Of a DNA stretch of 64,000 nucleotides, positions 1 to 9,278 are shown piece after piece; the stretch's first letter is position 1; each line of letters starts with the position of its first letter. The stretch lies in contig CAVWZG010000001.1 in NCBI GenBank assembly GCA_963759415.1, forward strand, positions 111,585 through 175,584. Reading direction: 5' to 3'. Under the pieces are notes generated by a model that saw nothing but the letters and a program-made list of their open reading frames with translations, was not told the DNA's origin and made no database searches. Made by a program: the position numbers and the translations under genes. This DNA comes from an uncultured Verrucomicrobiae bacterium (GTDB lineage Bacteria > Verrucomicrobiota > Verrucomicrobiia > Limisphaerales > Palsa-1400).

Positions 1-430
1 ACCGGGGTTGTCGCGCATCAAAGCGGCCGCATTATCTGCCGCACCGACGGCGGGGGGATCTATAGGAGCGACAACCAGGGCACTTTGTGGACGTACCTGA
101 GCAGCAACATGGTGACGGTGGCGCCATTGACCGTTCAGGGAATCGCGGTGCCGCAGACAGCCAGTTCCAGTTCCAACCTGATCCTGCAGGCGGCCGGCTA
201 TTCGAGCGGAACCAGCGACCCCGGGCGCGGAGTCTGGAAATCGACCGACGGCGGCGCGACCTGGACTCAAACTTTGAGCGGGGTGAATTTTTTGGGGAAT
301 GGCAATGAACGGGAGGGGGGCGAGTGCATCATATTCAATCCGGCAAATGACTCCGAAGCATGGGTGGGGACCGACAACAGCGGAGTATGGGTTTCCGAGA
401 ATGCCGGAAGCTCCTGGAACCCAGGACACC
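1..430 (+). pseudogene. 5' part of a BNR/Asp-box repeat protein in reading frame 1, open from the window edge. The sensible frame is lost near 420-440 and continues in frame 2 (see 299..3052). This is a frameshifted gene or a sequencing error.
   Basis: Frame-1 translation from nt 1 carries Asp-box-like motifs (GGIYRSDNQGTLW, VWKSTDGGATW, VWVSENAGSSW). Beyond about nt 430 the frame-1 product (rest of ORF 85..786) becomes R/H/Q-rich and uninformative, while frame 2 carries on the same repeat type. Confidence 0.45.
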
Positions 431-3052
431 ACCGCGCCAGCCATGACGAATTCCTCCATGTATATCAGTCCCTGGCATACCAACCAGCTTTTCGCGGGGG
501 GCGATGGGGGCTTATGGGTAAGGACCAACAGTGGCGCCACCTGGACTCACCTCAACACTTACAGCCTGGTCTATCGTGTGACAGGCGGGCCCGATGGGAC
601 GATCTATTACAGCGGGATGAACGGATCGAGCAAACTGATCCAAAAGATCACCTCCACGAATTGGAGCAATACGGCCAGTTACGTTGTCACCGATCTGCAC
701 TCGGCCTACACCAGCGGCATCGGCGACAACGGCCAGGCGCTCATTACCACAACGGTCTTGCAGGATGGCCGGCTGATCGTGAGTGATAACGAGAATTACA
801 CCCGGATCAGCGCCAACCAAGGTTCAACCTTTTCGACGATGACCTTCACTTACGCGCCCGGCATTCCTGTGCCGCAATGGGCCTCGTATCCCAATTTCGC
901 CTGGCGGTGTACTTCTCTGGTGCAGGACCCGGTCCACACCAACAACTGGTACAGGGGCGCCGGCTATGGCCCGCTCTGCACCACGAACAGCGGCACCAAC
1001 TGGCAATACATCCCCAATGGCATCGGCGAGGTCGTCACTTACAAAATTGGCTTTCATCCCACGGATTCCAACCGGGTTTACATCCCCTGCGCCGATCTGG
1101 GCGGCGCCGTGGTCACCGACGGCGGAGTCAGCGGCAACACCGTGTCCATGCTCCATCAGTTTTTCACCTCAGATGTCATTCAGTGTTCGCATCGTGGCTT
1201 GTCATGCAAGACCAACGGCTACAACCGCGTCATTTTCGCCGGCTGGGAGGAACTGAACAGCAGGCCGCGAGTCTATGCGACCATTAACGACGGGACGAGT
1301 TGGTACAATCCAGGCGCGGCCGGCTTGCCAACCGGCAGCAACAACATGAAAATCATTGATGCGATGGATTCCCGGGATAACCCGGACGATTTCATAGTGA
1401 TCTGCGGGAGCAGTTCCGGCACGAACATGGGCGGCGTGTATCGGACAGTTAATGCCGGCACCAATTTCACCCAATGCAACTGGTATCCTGCCACCAGCGT
1501 GAACTTGACTTCTTATACGGACATGTTTCTGGATCGCGACGCCACCAACGCCAACATCCGCTATATGTTTTCCACGGTGGCGTACCCTTCGGGAACTGCC
1601 GGTGTCAATAGCGGCGGCGGATTGTTTATTTCCTATGATCGCGGACAGAACTGGACGCAACTGAGCGGGTATACCGGGGGGCTGATAGCGAATGACTGGA
1701 GCGACTGGATTGGCAAGATGGCGGCCGATCACGGCGTCAGCGGCCATGTTTGGGTGGCGCTTTCGACCTCTGCCAGCTCGTGTTGTCACAACGGCCTGGC
1801 TTATAGCGCCAACTACGGCACCAATTTTAGCGCGGTGGGAGGCTTTACCAACGCCCTGACGGTGGACGCGTTGAGCAACAACGTCGTCGTCTTCGGCCAG
1901 ATGGCCGGCGACACCTATTGCAAGATTTATTACTCCTCCAATAACGGCGCGATCTGGAACGAAATCACGAGAACCAACTATGAATTCGGCAGTTGCCTAT
2001 ACCTGGCCCTGAATCCGTACCGGCCCGGGCAGGTCTGGATCAGCACCCAGGAGCGTTCCGTGGGCATCTTCACTCCGGGCGCGGCCTTCTCCATCTCGGG
2101 CCAGCCGCAAAGTCAGCCGGCCACCTACGGGTCAAACGTGACGATGAGCGTTACTGCGGCAGGGGGAACGGCGCCATATAGCTATCAATGGTACTTTACC
2201 AACTCGCCCCTGGCGCAGGCCACCAACGCAAGTTTGACGCTGACCAACATCCATGCCACCAACGCCGGTTCCTACAACGTTGTCGTCAGCAGCCCGTTTT
2301 TTGGCTCGCTCGCCAGTTCCAACGCCACGCTGACGTTCGCAAAGGCCGTCCCTGTGTTGACTTGGACCAATCCCGCCTCAATCACCTACGGCACGGCTTT
2401 AAGCTCCGTTCAGTTGAACGCCACAGCCAGTGTGCAGGGCGCGTTTGTGTACAATCCGCTGGCGAGCTACGTCCTGGCTGCCGGCAACAACCAAAACCTC
2501 TCAGTCACGTTCACGCCCGCCGACATGACCGACTACTCCAACGCCACGGCCACGGTGAGCATCAACGTGCAGCCGGCAACGCCCGTGATTACCTGGACGA
2601 ATCCCGCCCCGATCACCTCCGGCACAGCCCTTGATTCCGGCCAACTCAATGCCACCGCCAATACGCCCGGCGCGTTTGCCTACATTCCGCCGACGGCCAC
2701 CGTGCTGGCCGCCGGCAACAACCAAACCCTCTCGACCACGTTCACGCCCACCGACACAACCAATTACACCAGCGCCACCGCCGCGGTGACAATCAACGTG
2801 CAGCAGCCGCCGCCGTCCATTGGCAGCGTGAGCCTGTCGGGCACCAACCTTGTGATCAATGGCGCCAACTTAACTGGCGACTCGAATTCCCACTACATTA
2901 TACTGTCTTCGCCGGACATGGCGCTGCCCGTGGCGCAGTGGACGCCTGTCGCCACCAACGGGTTCAATGCCGACGGAACATTCTCGTTCACCAACGGCAT
3001 CACGGCCTTGCAGCCGGCCATGTATTACACCTTCATTGTCACGAACAATTGA
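299..3052 (+). CDS. Secreted BNR/Asp-box beta-propeller repeat protein with a C-terminal Ig-like domain and tandem MBG-like domains. The true N-terminus lies upstream in another frame.
   Basis: 917-aa ORF with many S/T-x-D/N-x-G-x-T/S-W/F motifs (VRTNSGATW, ISANQGSTF, CTTNSGTNW, ATINDGTSW, RTVNAGTNF, ISYDRGQNW, SSNNGAIW). It has an Ig-like segment (APYSYQWYF...NAGSYNVVV) and two 77-aa repeats near the C-terminus. Codons 299..~430 of the listed ORF are probably not translated in this frame. Confidence 0.8.
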   Translation: MAMNGRGASASYSIRQMTPKHGWGPTTAEYGFPRMPEAPGTQDTTAPAMTNSSMYISPWHTNQLFAGGDGGLWVRTNSGATWTHLNTYSLVYRVTGGPDGTIYYSGMNGSSKLIQKITSTNWSNTASYVVTDLHSAYTSGIGDNGQALITTTVLQDGRLIVSDNENYTRISANQGSTFSTMTFTYAPGIPVPQWASYPNFAWRCTSLVQDPVHTNNWYRGAGYGPLCTTNSGTNWQYIPNGIGEVVTYKIGFHPTDSNRVYIPCADLGGAVVTDGGVSGNTVSMLHQFFTSDVIQCSHRGLSCKTNGYNRVIFAGWEELNSRPRVYATINDGTSWYNPGAAGLPTGSNNMKIIDAMDSRDNPDDFIVICGSSSGTNMGGVYRTVNAGTNFTQCNWYPATSVNLTSYTDMFLDRDATNANIRYMFSTVAYPSGTAGVNSGGGLFISYDRGQNWTQLSGYTGGLIANDWSDWIGKMAADHGVSGHVWVALSTSASSCCHNGLAYSANYGTNFSAVGGFTNALTVDALSNNVVVFGQMAGDTYCKIYYSSNNGAIWNEITRTNYEFGSCLYLALNPYRPGQVWISTQERSVGIFTPGAAFSISGQPQSQPATYGSNVTMSVTAAGGTAPYSYQWYFTNSPLAQATNASLTLTNIHATNAGSYNVVVSSPFFGSLASSNATLTFAKAVPVLTWTNPASITYGTALSSVQLNATASVQGAFVYNPLASYVLAAGNNQNLSVTFTPADMTDYSNATATVSINVQPATPVITWTNPAPITSGTALDSGQLNATANTPGAFAYIPPTATVLAAGNNQTLSTTFTPTDTTNYTSATAAVTINVQQPPPSIGSVSLSGTNLVINGANLTGDSNSHYIILSSPDMALPVAQWTPVATNGFNADGTFSFTNGITALQPAMYYTFIVTNN
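2351..2812 (+). repeat. Two back-to-back 231-nt (77-codon) in-frame coding repeats (MBG/adhesin-like domain duplication)
   Basis: PV(L/I)TWTNPA.IT.GTAL.S.QLNATA...GAF.Y.P....LAAGNNQ.LS.TFTP.D.T.Y...TA.V.INVQ occurs at 2351..2581 and again at 2582..2812. Confidence 0.85.
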
Positions 3053-3559
3053 CCGGCCGCCGGCGTGGTCTTTGCGGTTGGCGTCCGCCCCCTCCGCGAC
3101 GGGGAACAACCTGTCAGCAACTTTTCATAACTTGCTCGTGACAGGCTTCGACGGGCCTGCCAAAAGGAGGCGTGAAGACGGACCTAGCGAGTGCGGCGTC
3201 ACAAGGACAGGCCCAAACCGCCGCCCAGAAACCCAGGCCAGGACACAGCACAACCGCGCCGGCAAGCAAGATGTTGCTTGCCGTTGAAATGGCGTGGCAA
3301 CTCAATCGATTGGATTCCGTCCCGGACGGCGCGAGGAAAGCCGAAATGTGGCGCGAGCTACTCGGCAACCTCGTTCTGCTGCGAAGGGCCGCCTCCAATG
3401 CGAATGGATTGTCATGGAACGGAAAATGCTCCAAGGCGAACGGTCTCAAAAAAGGTAAAACAAAGGGTCATAAACTTAATCACTAAACCACATTTTTAGA
3501 TTGAAATCCGCGAGGCACGCCCTAATCTCAGCGGAGATTGAGCTAACCAGGCCTTATAG

Positions 3560-5539
3560 ATGGATTTTCAGAATACCGTGCTGGACCCGAATGCTCCGGC
3601 GTCAAGCAAATCGCCGGAGTCCTTTCTGCCACGGTGCTGGCTGGAAGGCGGGGCGGCGGTTTTGGACACTGCGGGCCTGATGCTCGCCGTCAACGAGCCG
3701 CTCTGCATCTGGCTGGAAAAACCGGCCCAAAGCCTGGTGGGAATCTCCTTTTGGGAAACGCTGGGCGAGCTTTCTCTCGACTGGCAACATGCTTTGGCCC
3801 GCCTCCGCGATAGTTCGGCGCCCTTCGAACGGATTAATCTCAAACTGGAGGCCGAGGGCGCGCATTCGTTGCAATGGTTCACCCTGGAAATTGGGCGCGG
3901 CCCGCAGAATGGGTATGCGCGGCTCAGTTCCATGCTGCCGCCGCTGGCAGACTTGGAGGAGGGCATTTGGGACGAGTATTTGCGCAACGACGCCGCGCGG
4001 CGCGAGATGTTTGTGCGCCTGCTGCAGGCTGAAGCGCGCCTGGAAGGGCTGACACGCCGCTGGCCATGCGTCATTTTCACCCAGCGCCCCGATTTCAGCC
4101 TGCAATTTGCCAGCCCGAATATCCGGGAATTGACCGGCATGGACGCCGTCGATTGGTCCAGTCACAAGGGGCGTTTCTGGGATTTGGTGCATGAGTCGGA
4201 TGCGGCGGAGTTGCAGCTACAATTCAAACGGGCGGTGCAAACCCGCTCGGCCGTCACCAATACCTATCGCATCCGCCATGCGGTGACGGGCCGCGTGGCC
4301 TACGTCCTGGAGCATCGCCAGCCGGCCATTTCCAAGGGCGGGCTTTTGCTCGGTTACGAAGTCGTGTGGTTGGACGTGACCCGGCAAACCATCGCCGAAA
4401 AACGGCTGTCCACCGCCGCCTGGAAGGAAACCCTGGCCGTGCTGACGCTGGGCATGGCGCACGATTTCACCAACATCATCGCCGGCATCCATTCGTTGAG
4501 CGAATCATTTTTAAGCTCGCTGGAGCCGGCGCATCCGTTTTACGAGGGCTTGTCCTTGATCAAGAAAAGTTCATTGCAAGCCAGCCAACTGGTCCAGCGC
4601 ATGATCAATCTTCACCTCGGCCAGGCCGGGGAGCGCAACTACCACAACCTCAATGACATTGCCAAAGATTTGGTCGAATTGATCACCCAAATCCTGTCGC
4701 GGCGCATCATGGTCAGCACGGAACTGGCCTCGACCCCGCTGGCCGTCTATCTGGATGTGGTGGAATTCCGCCAGGTGGTCATCAATTTGATGCTCAACGC
4801 GGCGGACGCCATGCCGCAAGGAGGACGCCTGACCTTGCGCACGACGCGGCACGAGGCCTTGCCGGCGTTGGATAACGCCAAGGGCGTCCTGCCGCGCCTG
4901 CCATGCGTCTGCCTGACCATCCAGGACAGCGGCACGGGCATCAAACAGCGCCACCTGGCCTCGATCTTCGATCCCTTCTTTACCACCAAAGCCAAAGGCT
5001 CCGGCCTGGGGTTGTACAATGCGCGCATCGCCATGGAAAAACACCAGGGCGCCATCTCCGTCATTTCCAAGGAGGGCGCGGGCACCAGTTTTCAATTGTG
5101 GTTGCCCGAGGCCGATTTTTCCGAATCGGCCCGCGTGGAAGCCGAAGGCAAGCGGACGAGGCGGGCGCGGCGCAGCTTGCTCCTGCTCGGACAGGCGGGC
5201 GAAGTTTTGGACAAGACGGCCGAGATGCTCCGCTCGCACAATTACCACATTGTCGTAGCGGCTGGCGCAGACACCTTGGGCGACCTGCTGCAAACCAGCG
5301 ATTACCAATTTACCGGCGTCCTGCTCCTGGCCGAGCCTAACGACCCAGCCCTCCCCTCCCTGGCCGCGGAACTCCGGCAGCAGAAGAAAGACCTCAAAGT
5401 GGTGCTCAAACTGGCTGGTTGCCACCAGGACGAACTGGACGGCCAATTCCTCAAGGAAATCGATTTGTTGCTCACCGCCGATTTATCCGAAGCCGACACG
5501 CTGCTCAAGCTTAAATCGTTTTTTGATCAAATGGCCTAA
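3560..5539 (+). CDS. PAS-domain sensor histidine kinase with a degenerate C-terminal receiver-like domain
   Basis: 659-aa ORF with H-box HDFTNIIAGIHSLSE, N-box NLMLNAADAM, G1 DSGTGI and G2 GSGLGL. The C-terminal ~120 aa (LLLLGQAG...GVLLLAEPND) look receiver-like but lack the acidic pocket. Confidence 0.85.
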   Translation: MDFQNTVLDPNAPASSKSPESFLPRCWLEGGAAVLDTAGLMLAVNEPLCIWLEKPAQSLVGISFWETLGELSLDWQHALARLRDSSAPFERINLKLEAEGAHSLQWFTLEIGRGPQNGYARLSSMLPPLADLEEGIWDEYLRNDAARREMFVRLLQAEARLEGLTRRWPCVIFTQRPDFSLQFASPNIRELTGMDAVDWSSHKGRFWDLVHESDAAELQLQFKRAVQTRSAVTNTYRIRHAVTGRVAYVLEHRQPAISKGGLLLGYEVVWLDVTRQTIAEKRLSTAAWKETLAVLTLGMAHDFTNIIAGIHSLSESFLSSLEPAHPFYEGLSLIKKSSLQASQLVQRMINLHLGQAGERNYHNLNDIAKDLVELITQILSRRIMVSTELASTPLAVYLDVVEFRQVVINLMLNAADAMPQGGRLTLRTTRHEALPALDNAKGVLPRLPCVCLTIQDSGTGIKQRHLASIFDPFFTTKAKGSGLGLYNARIAMEKHQGAISVISKEGAGTSFQLWLPEADFSESARVEAEGKRTRRARRSLLLLGQAGEVLDKTAEMLRSHNYHIVVAAGADTLGDLLQTSDYQFTGVLLLAEPNDPALPSLAAELRQQKKDLKVVLKLAGCHQDELDGQFLKEIDLLLTADLSEADTLLKLKSFFDQMA

Positions 5540-5546
5540 CAACACC

Positions 5547-6827
5547 ATGAGTTTAAATATCCCCGTGGACAAAGAGAACGCCCCTCCCATTCTTATCGTG
5601 GACGACGAGGAGATCGTGCTGGTGGCCCTCCGCGACACCTTGTTGCGCGAGGGTTACAACGTGGTCGCCTCGCCTCACGCCGTCCATGCCTTGAGCGTGC
5701 TCAAGCAGCAGAATTTTGCGGTCGTCATCACCGATCAGCAGATGCCGATGGTCTCGGGCCTGGAATTCCTGGCCCAGGTGCGCGAGATCCAGCCCGATGC
5801 CACCCGCATCCTCATCACCGCCGTTCTGAGCCTGAGCACGGTCATCGACGCCATTAACAAGGGGGAAATTTACCGGTTCATTGTCAAGCCGTGGTTGCGC
5901 GAGGAATTGCTGGCCACCGTCAAAAATGCCGTGCAGCGGCACGATTTGATTACCAGGAACGCCCGCTTGCAAGCCGCCACCCAGTCCATGAACCTGCAAC
6001 TCAAGGAGTTGAATGGCGCCTTGGAGGCCCAGGTGGCGCGCGTGGCCGAGCAAAACGCGCAACTGTTGGAATTCGCCCGCAGCCAGGAGGAAAACCTGCG
6101 CCACTCCGTTGAATTGTGCGTCCAAACCATGCGCACTTTCTATCCCACCATCGGCAACCAGGCCCGGCGGGTGGCCGCCCTGTGCCAATCCATGGCCGCC
6201 GGCTCCGAGTTGTCCCCCACCCAAAAGCAAACTCTCGAAATCAGCGGTTGCATCTACGACATCGGCCTGGTCGGCGTGCCGCGGCGATTGATCAAGCGAT
6301 GGCAGGAGACACCCGACGAATTAAGCGAGGCGGAATGGACGTTGATCCATCAGCATCCCCTATTGGGCCAGGAACTGGCGGCCTTCGTCCGCGACCTCAA
6401 AGCCGTCGGGCCGACCATTCGCGGACACCACGAACGTTTTGACGGCACGGGCTATCCCGACCGGCTGCACGGGGAGGACATCCCGTGGCTGGCGCGATTG
6501 CTGGCCGTGGCGGTGGCCTACGCGGAAAGCAACCTGGAGCCTAAAGCGGCGACCCAGATGATCAGCCAGGGCAGCGCCACGGCGTTTGATCCTGAAGCCG
6601 TGCGGATCTTTCTGCGCACGGTGCCCAAGGCGGTGGTTCCGGGCAAACAGCGGGTAGTGCCGCTGTCGGACTTGCGTCCGGGCATGATCCTGGCCGAAGG
6701 CATCTACAGCGAGAACGGGATGCTCCTGATCCCCGACGGCCAGCGTTTGACGGCCACCTATATCGACAAGCTGCTCAACTACAATCGCATCAATCCCATT
6801 TCGCAATCGCTCCTGGTGTATTGTTAG
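5547..6827 (+). CDS. Response regulator with HD-GYP output domain (RpfG-type c-di-GMP phosphodiesterase)
   Basis: Receiver motifs ILIVDDEE...VVITDQQMPMVSG...FIVKPW, and the HD-GYP signature HHERFDGTGYPDRL. I chose the ATG at 5547, 8 nt after the kinase stop. The listed ORF starts at a TTG at 5523 that overlaps the kinase. Confidence 0.85.
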   Translation: MSLNIPVDKENAPPILIVDDEEIVLVALRDTLLREGYNVVASPHAVHALSVLKQQNFAVVITDQQMPMVSGLEFLAQVREIQPDATRILITAVLSLSTVIDAINKGEIYRFIVKPWLREELLATVKNAVQRHDLITRNARLQAATQSMNLQLKELNGALEAQVARVAEQNAQLLEFARSQEENLRHSVELCVQTMRTFYPTIGNQARRVAALCQSMAAGSELSPTQKQTLEISGCIYDIGLVGVPRRLIKRWQETPDELSEAEWTLIHQHPLLGQELAAFVRDLKAVGPTIRGHHERFDGTGYPDRLHGEDIPWLARLLAVAVAYAESNLEPKAATQMISQGSATAFDPEAVRIFLRTVPKAVVPGKQRVVPLSDLRPGMILAEGIYSENGMLLIPDGQRLTATYIDKLLNYNRINPISQSLLVYC

Positions 6828-6870
6828 ATTCTTACCATTGAAATCCCGTCGGATTATCTCTCAGATTTCT

Positions 6871-6901
6871 CATCTGTGTTAATCTGTGTCCATCTGTGGC
6901 T
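6871..6901. repeat. Dispersed intergenic motif with three ATCTGTG cores spaced 10 nt apart (copy 1 of 2)
   Basis: catctgtgttaatctgtgtccatctgtggct here, versus aatctgtgttaatctgtgtcaatctgtggct at 54507..54537. Confidence 0.8.
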
Positions 6902-6989
6902 AAAATTTCAAATATCTTTGGCTAGGCCTCATTTTCCGGGTTGACGTTTGACTCGGCTCGCCGCAAGGTCTTATCGCTTTGTCGTAGAG

Positions 6990-9158
6990 ATGAAAACCGT
7001 TTTATTCGTTTGCACCGGGAATATTTGCCGCAGCCCGATGGCCGAGGGTCTCTTCCGCCACGCCACGCGTGGACGGACGGATTGCCGGGTCATGTCGGCG
7101 GGGGTCGGCGCACTGGAAGGGCAGCCGCCCAGCCCCCATGCCGTGCGCGCCCTCAAAGAATTGGGCATCGATATTTCCCAGCAGCGCAGCCGCATGCTCA
7201 CCTCCGAATTGGTGGATGAAGCCGATTACATCTTCGGCATGACCCACAGCCACGTCGATTCGGTCAACCTGCTTTTTCCGCAGGCGGCGGAGAAGATGTT
7301 TCTACTGCGCGAGTTTGACGAAACGTTGGACGAATTCGAGAAGGACATCAGCGATCCCATTGGCGGCTCTTACGAGACCTACGCTTATTGCCGGGACCAG
7401 ATCGAACAAGGCATTTTTTCCATGCTTAACTTCATTGAACAAACATCCGAAGGCCAGTCGGCCCCCGAAACGGCGGCCAAGTGCCGCCTCGCCCTGGGCA
7501 GCGATCACGCCGGGTTCCAACTCAAGGAAACACTCAAGAATTATTTGGAGGGCGCCCATGCCGCGGTGACGGACTTGGGGAGCAACTCGGCCGAGATGTG
7601 CGATTACACGGATTACGCCCAGGCGGTGGGCGAGGCGGTGACGGCGGGCCGCGCTGATTTTGGCCTGTTGATTTGCGCCACGGGCGTTGGCATGAGCATG
7701 GCGGCCAACAAGGTGGCCGGCATCCGCGCCGCCCTGGCACGGGACGAACACACAGCCGCCCTGTCGCGCCAGCATAACAACGCCAACGTGCTCTGTTTGG
7801 GCGCCGCCAGCACCCCGCCCGAAGAGGCCAAGAAGATTCTGGACGCTTTTCTCGCCGCCCAATTTGAAGGCGGACGCCACGCGCAGCGTGTCAGCAAAAT
7901 GGAACCGCCCTCAACGCCTCTCTCCCGGCGGCTGCAAACGGTTGATCCGGAAATCGCCGGCGCCATCTTCCTGGAACGGCAGCGGCAGCAGGAAAACATC
8001 GAGCTGATTGCCAGCGAAAATTTTGTCAGCGCGGCCGTGATGGAGGCGCAAGGGTCAGTGCTGACCAACAAATACGCCGAAGGGTATCCGGGCAAACGTT
8101 GGTACGGCGGCTGTGAAAACGTGGACGCCGCCGAACGTCTGGCCATTGAGCGGGCGAAGAAGATTTTCGGCGCCGAACACGCCAACGTTCAGCCCCATTC
8201 CGGCAGCCAGGCCAACATGGCCGTCTATTTTGCGGTCCTCAAACCCGGCGAAAAGATGCTGACCATGGACCTCACCCACGGCGGCCATCTCACGCACGGC
8301 TACAAGGTCAATTTTTCCGGCCGTTTTTTCGAGATCGTCCATTACGGCGTCAGCAAAGAGGACGAAAGAATTGACTACGACCAGTTGCAGAAACTGGCCG
8401 AGGAGCACCGCCCGCGCATGATCACCGTGGGCGCCAGCGCCTATCCGCGCATCATTGATTTTGAGCGCATGGGCCAGATCGCCCGCTCGGTGGGCGCTTA
8501 TTTGCTGGCCGACATCGCCCACATCGCGGGGTTGGTCGCCGCCGGCCTGCATCCCAGCCCGGTGCCGGACGCGGATTTTGTGACCACCACCACGCACAAG
8601 ACCTTGCGCGGGCCGCGCGGCGGATTGATCCTGTGCAAGGAGAAATACGCCAAGGAAATCGATTCGCAGGTCTTTCCGGGCATCCAAGGCGGCCCGTTGA
8701 TGCATGTCATCGCGGCCAAGGCGGTTTGTTTCCACGAAGCGTTGCAACCGTCCTTCCTGGCCTATCAACAGCAGATTATCAACAACGCCAAGGCCCTGGC
8801 CGAGGGCATGATTCGCAATCATTTCCGGCTGGTCAGCGGCGGCACGGACAACCACCTGATGCTGGTGGACGTGGGCGGACGTGGATTGACCGGCAAGGAA
8901 TGCCAGGGAGCCCTGGACGAGGCCGGAATTACAGTCAATAAGAACACCATTCCCTTCGAAACCCGCTCCCCCTTCCAGGCCAGCGGCATCCGCCTCGGCA
9001 CCCCGGCCGTCACCACCCGTGGCATGAAAGAAGCCGAAATGGCCGCCATTGCCGACATGATTAGCGAAGTTCTGTTGGACATTAAGAACCTTGACGCGGC
9101 GCACAAGGTCAGACATCGTGTCCGGGAATTAACGGCAAAATATCCTTTGCCGCAGTAA
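6990..9158 (+). CDS. Single ORF fusing LMW protein (Tyr/Arg) phosphatase, ribose-5-phosphate isomerase B and serine hydroxymethyltransferase
   Basis: No in-frame stop across three recognisable modules. (1) P-loop [17 protein letters not shown] plus DISDPIGG. (2) [12 protein letters not shown]...[22 protein letters not shown]...NANVLCLGA...[10 protein letters not shown]. (3) [30 protein letters not shown]...HSGSQAN...[14 protein letters not shown]. The start is taken at ATG 6990 (MKTVLFVC). There is an internal ATG at 7899, just before the SHMT module. Confidence 0.85.
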   Translation: MKTVLFVCTGNICRSPMAEGLFRHATRGRTDCRVMSAGVGALEGQPPSPHAVRALKELGIDISQQRSRMLTSELVDEADYIFGMTHSHVDSVNLLFPQAAEKMFLLREFDETLDEFEKDISDPIGGSYETYAYCRDQIEQGIFSMLNFIEQTSEGQSAPETAAKCRLALGSDHAGFQLKETLKNYLEGAHAAVTDLGSNSAEMCDYTDYAQAVGEAVTAGRADFGLLICATGVGMSMAANKVAGIRAALARDEHTAALSRQHNNANVLCLGAASTPPEEAKKILDAFLAAQFEGGRHAQRVSKMEPPSTPLSRRLQTVDPEIAGAIFLERQRQQENIELIASENFVSAAVMEAQGSVLTNKYAEGYPGKRWYGGCENVDAAERLAIERAKKIFGAEHANVQPHSGSQANMAVYFAVLKPGEKMLTMDLTHGGHLTHGYKVNFSGRFFEIVHYGVSKEDERIDYDQLQKLAEEHRPRMITVGASAYPRIIDFERMGQIARSVGAYLLADIAHIAGLVAAGLHPSPVPDADFVTTTTHKTLRGPRGGLILCKEKYAKEIDSQVFPGIQGGPLMHVIAAKAVCFHEALQPSFLAYQQQIINNAKALAEGMIRNHFRLVSGGTDNHLMLVDVGGRGLTGKECQGALDEAGITVNKNTIPFETRSPFQASGIRLGTPAVTTRGMKEAEMAAIADMISEVLLDIKNLDAAHKVRHRVRELTAKYPLPQ

Positions 9159-9278
9159 CATTAAGGTTGGGCAATCCCCCGCGTTGGCGCCGGTTTGAAT
9201 GTATTCAAATCGTTCGCATTCAATGAATCCGTGGCGCGGAGACTTGCCCAATCCTCGATTAGAATTTACATATTGCCT

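Noticed and set aside
431-786. Downstream part of ORF 85..786
   Set aside because: After about nt 430 the frame-1 product loses all BNR-like character, while frame 2 (ORF 299..3052) carries it. I treat this as out-of-frame read-through after a frameshift.
3053-3559. Small ORFs (3114..3449-, 3172..3486+, 3191..3499+) and two hairpins (3110..3145, 3261..3282) in the 507-nt intergenic region
   Set aside because: The ORFs overlap each other in different frames and have no motifs. The hairpins lack a following U-tract, so I do not call them terminators. The region may simply be the 5' leader or promoter of the kinase operon.
8055-9116. 353-aa minus-strand ORF
   Set aside because: It is an antisense shadow of the SHMT module. 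The same applies to 7302..7880 and 7613..8185.
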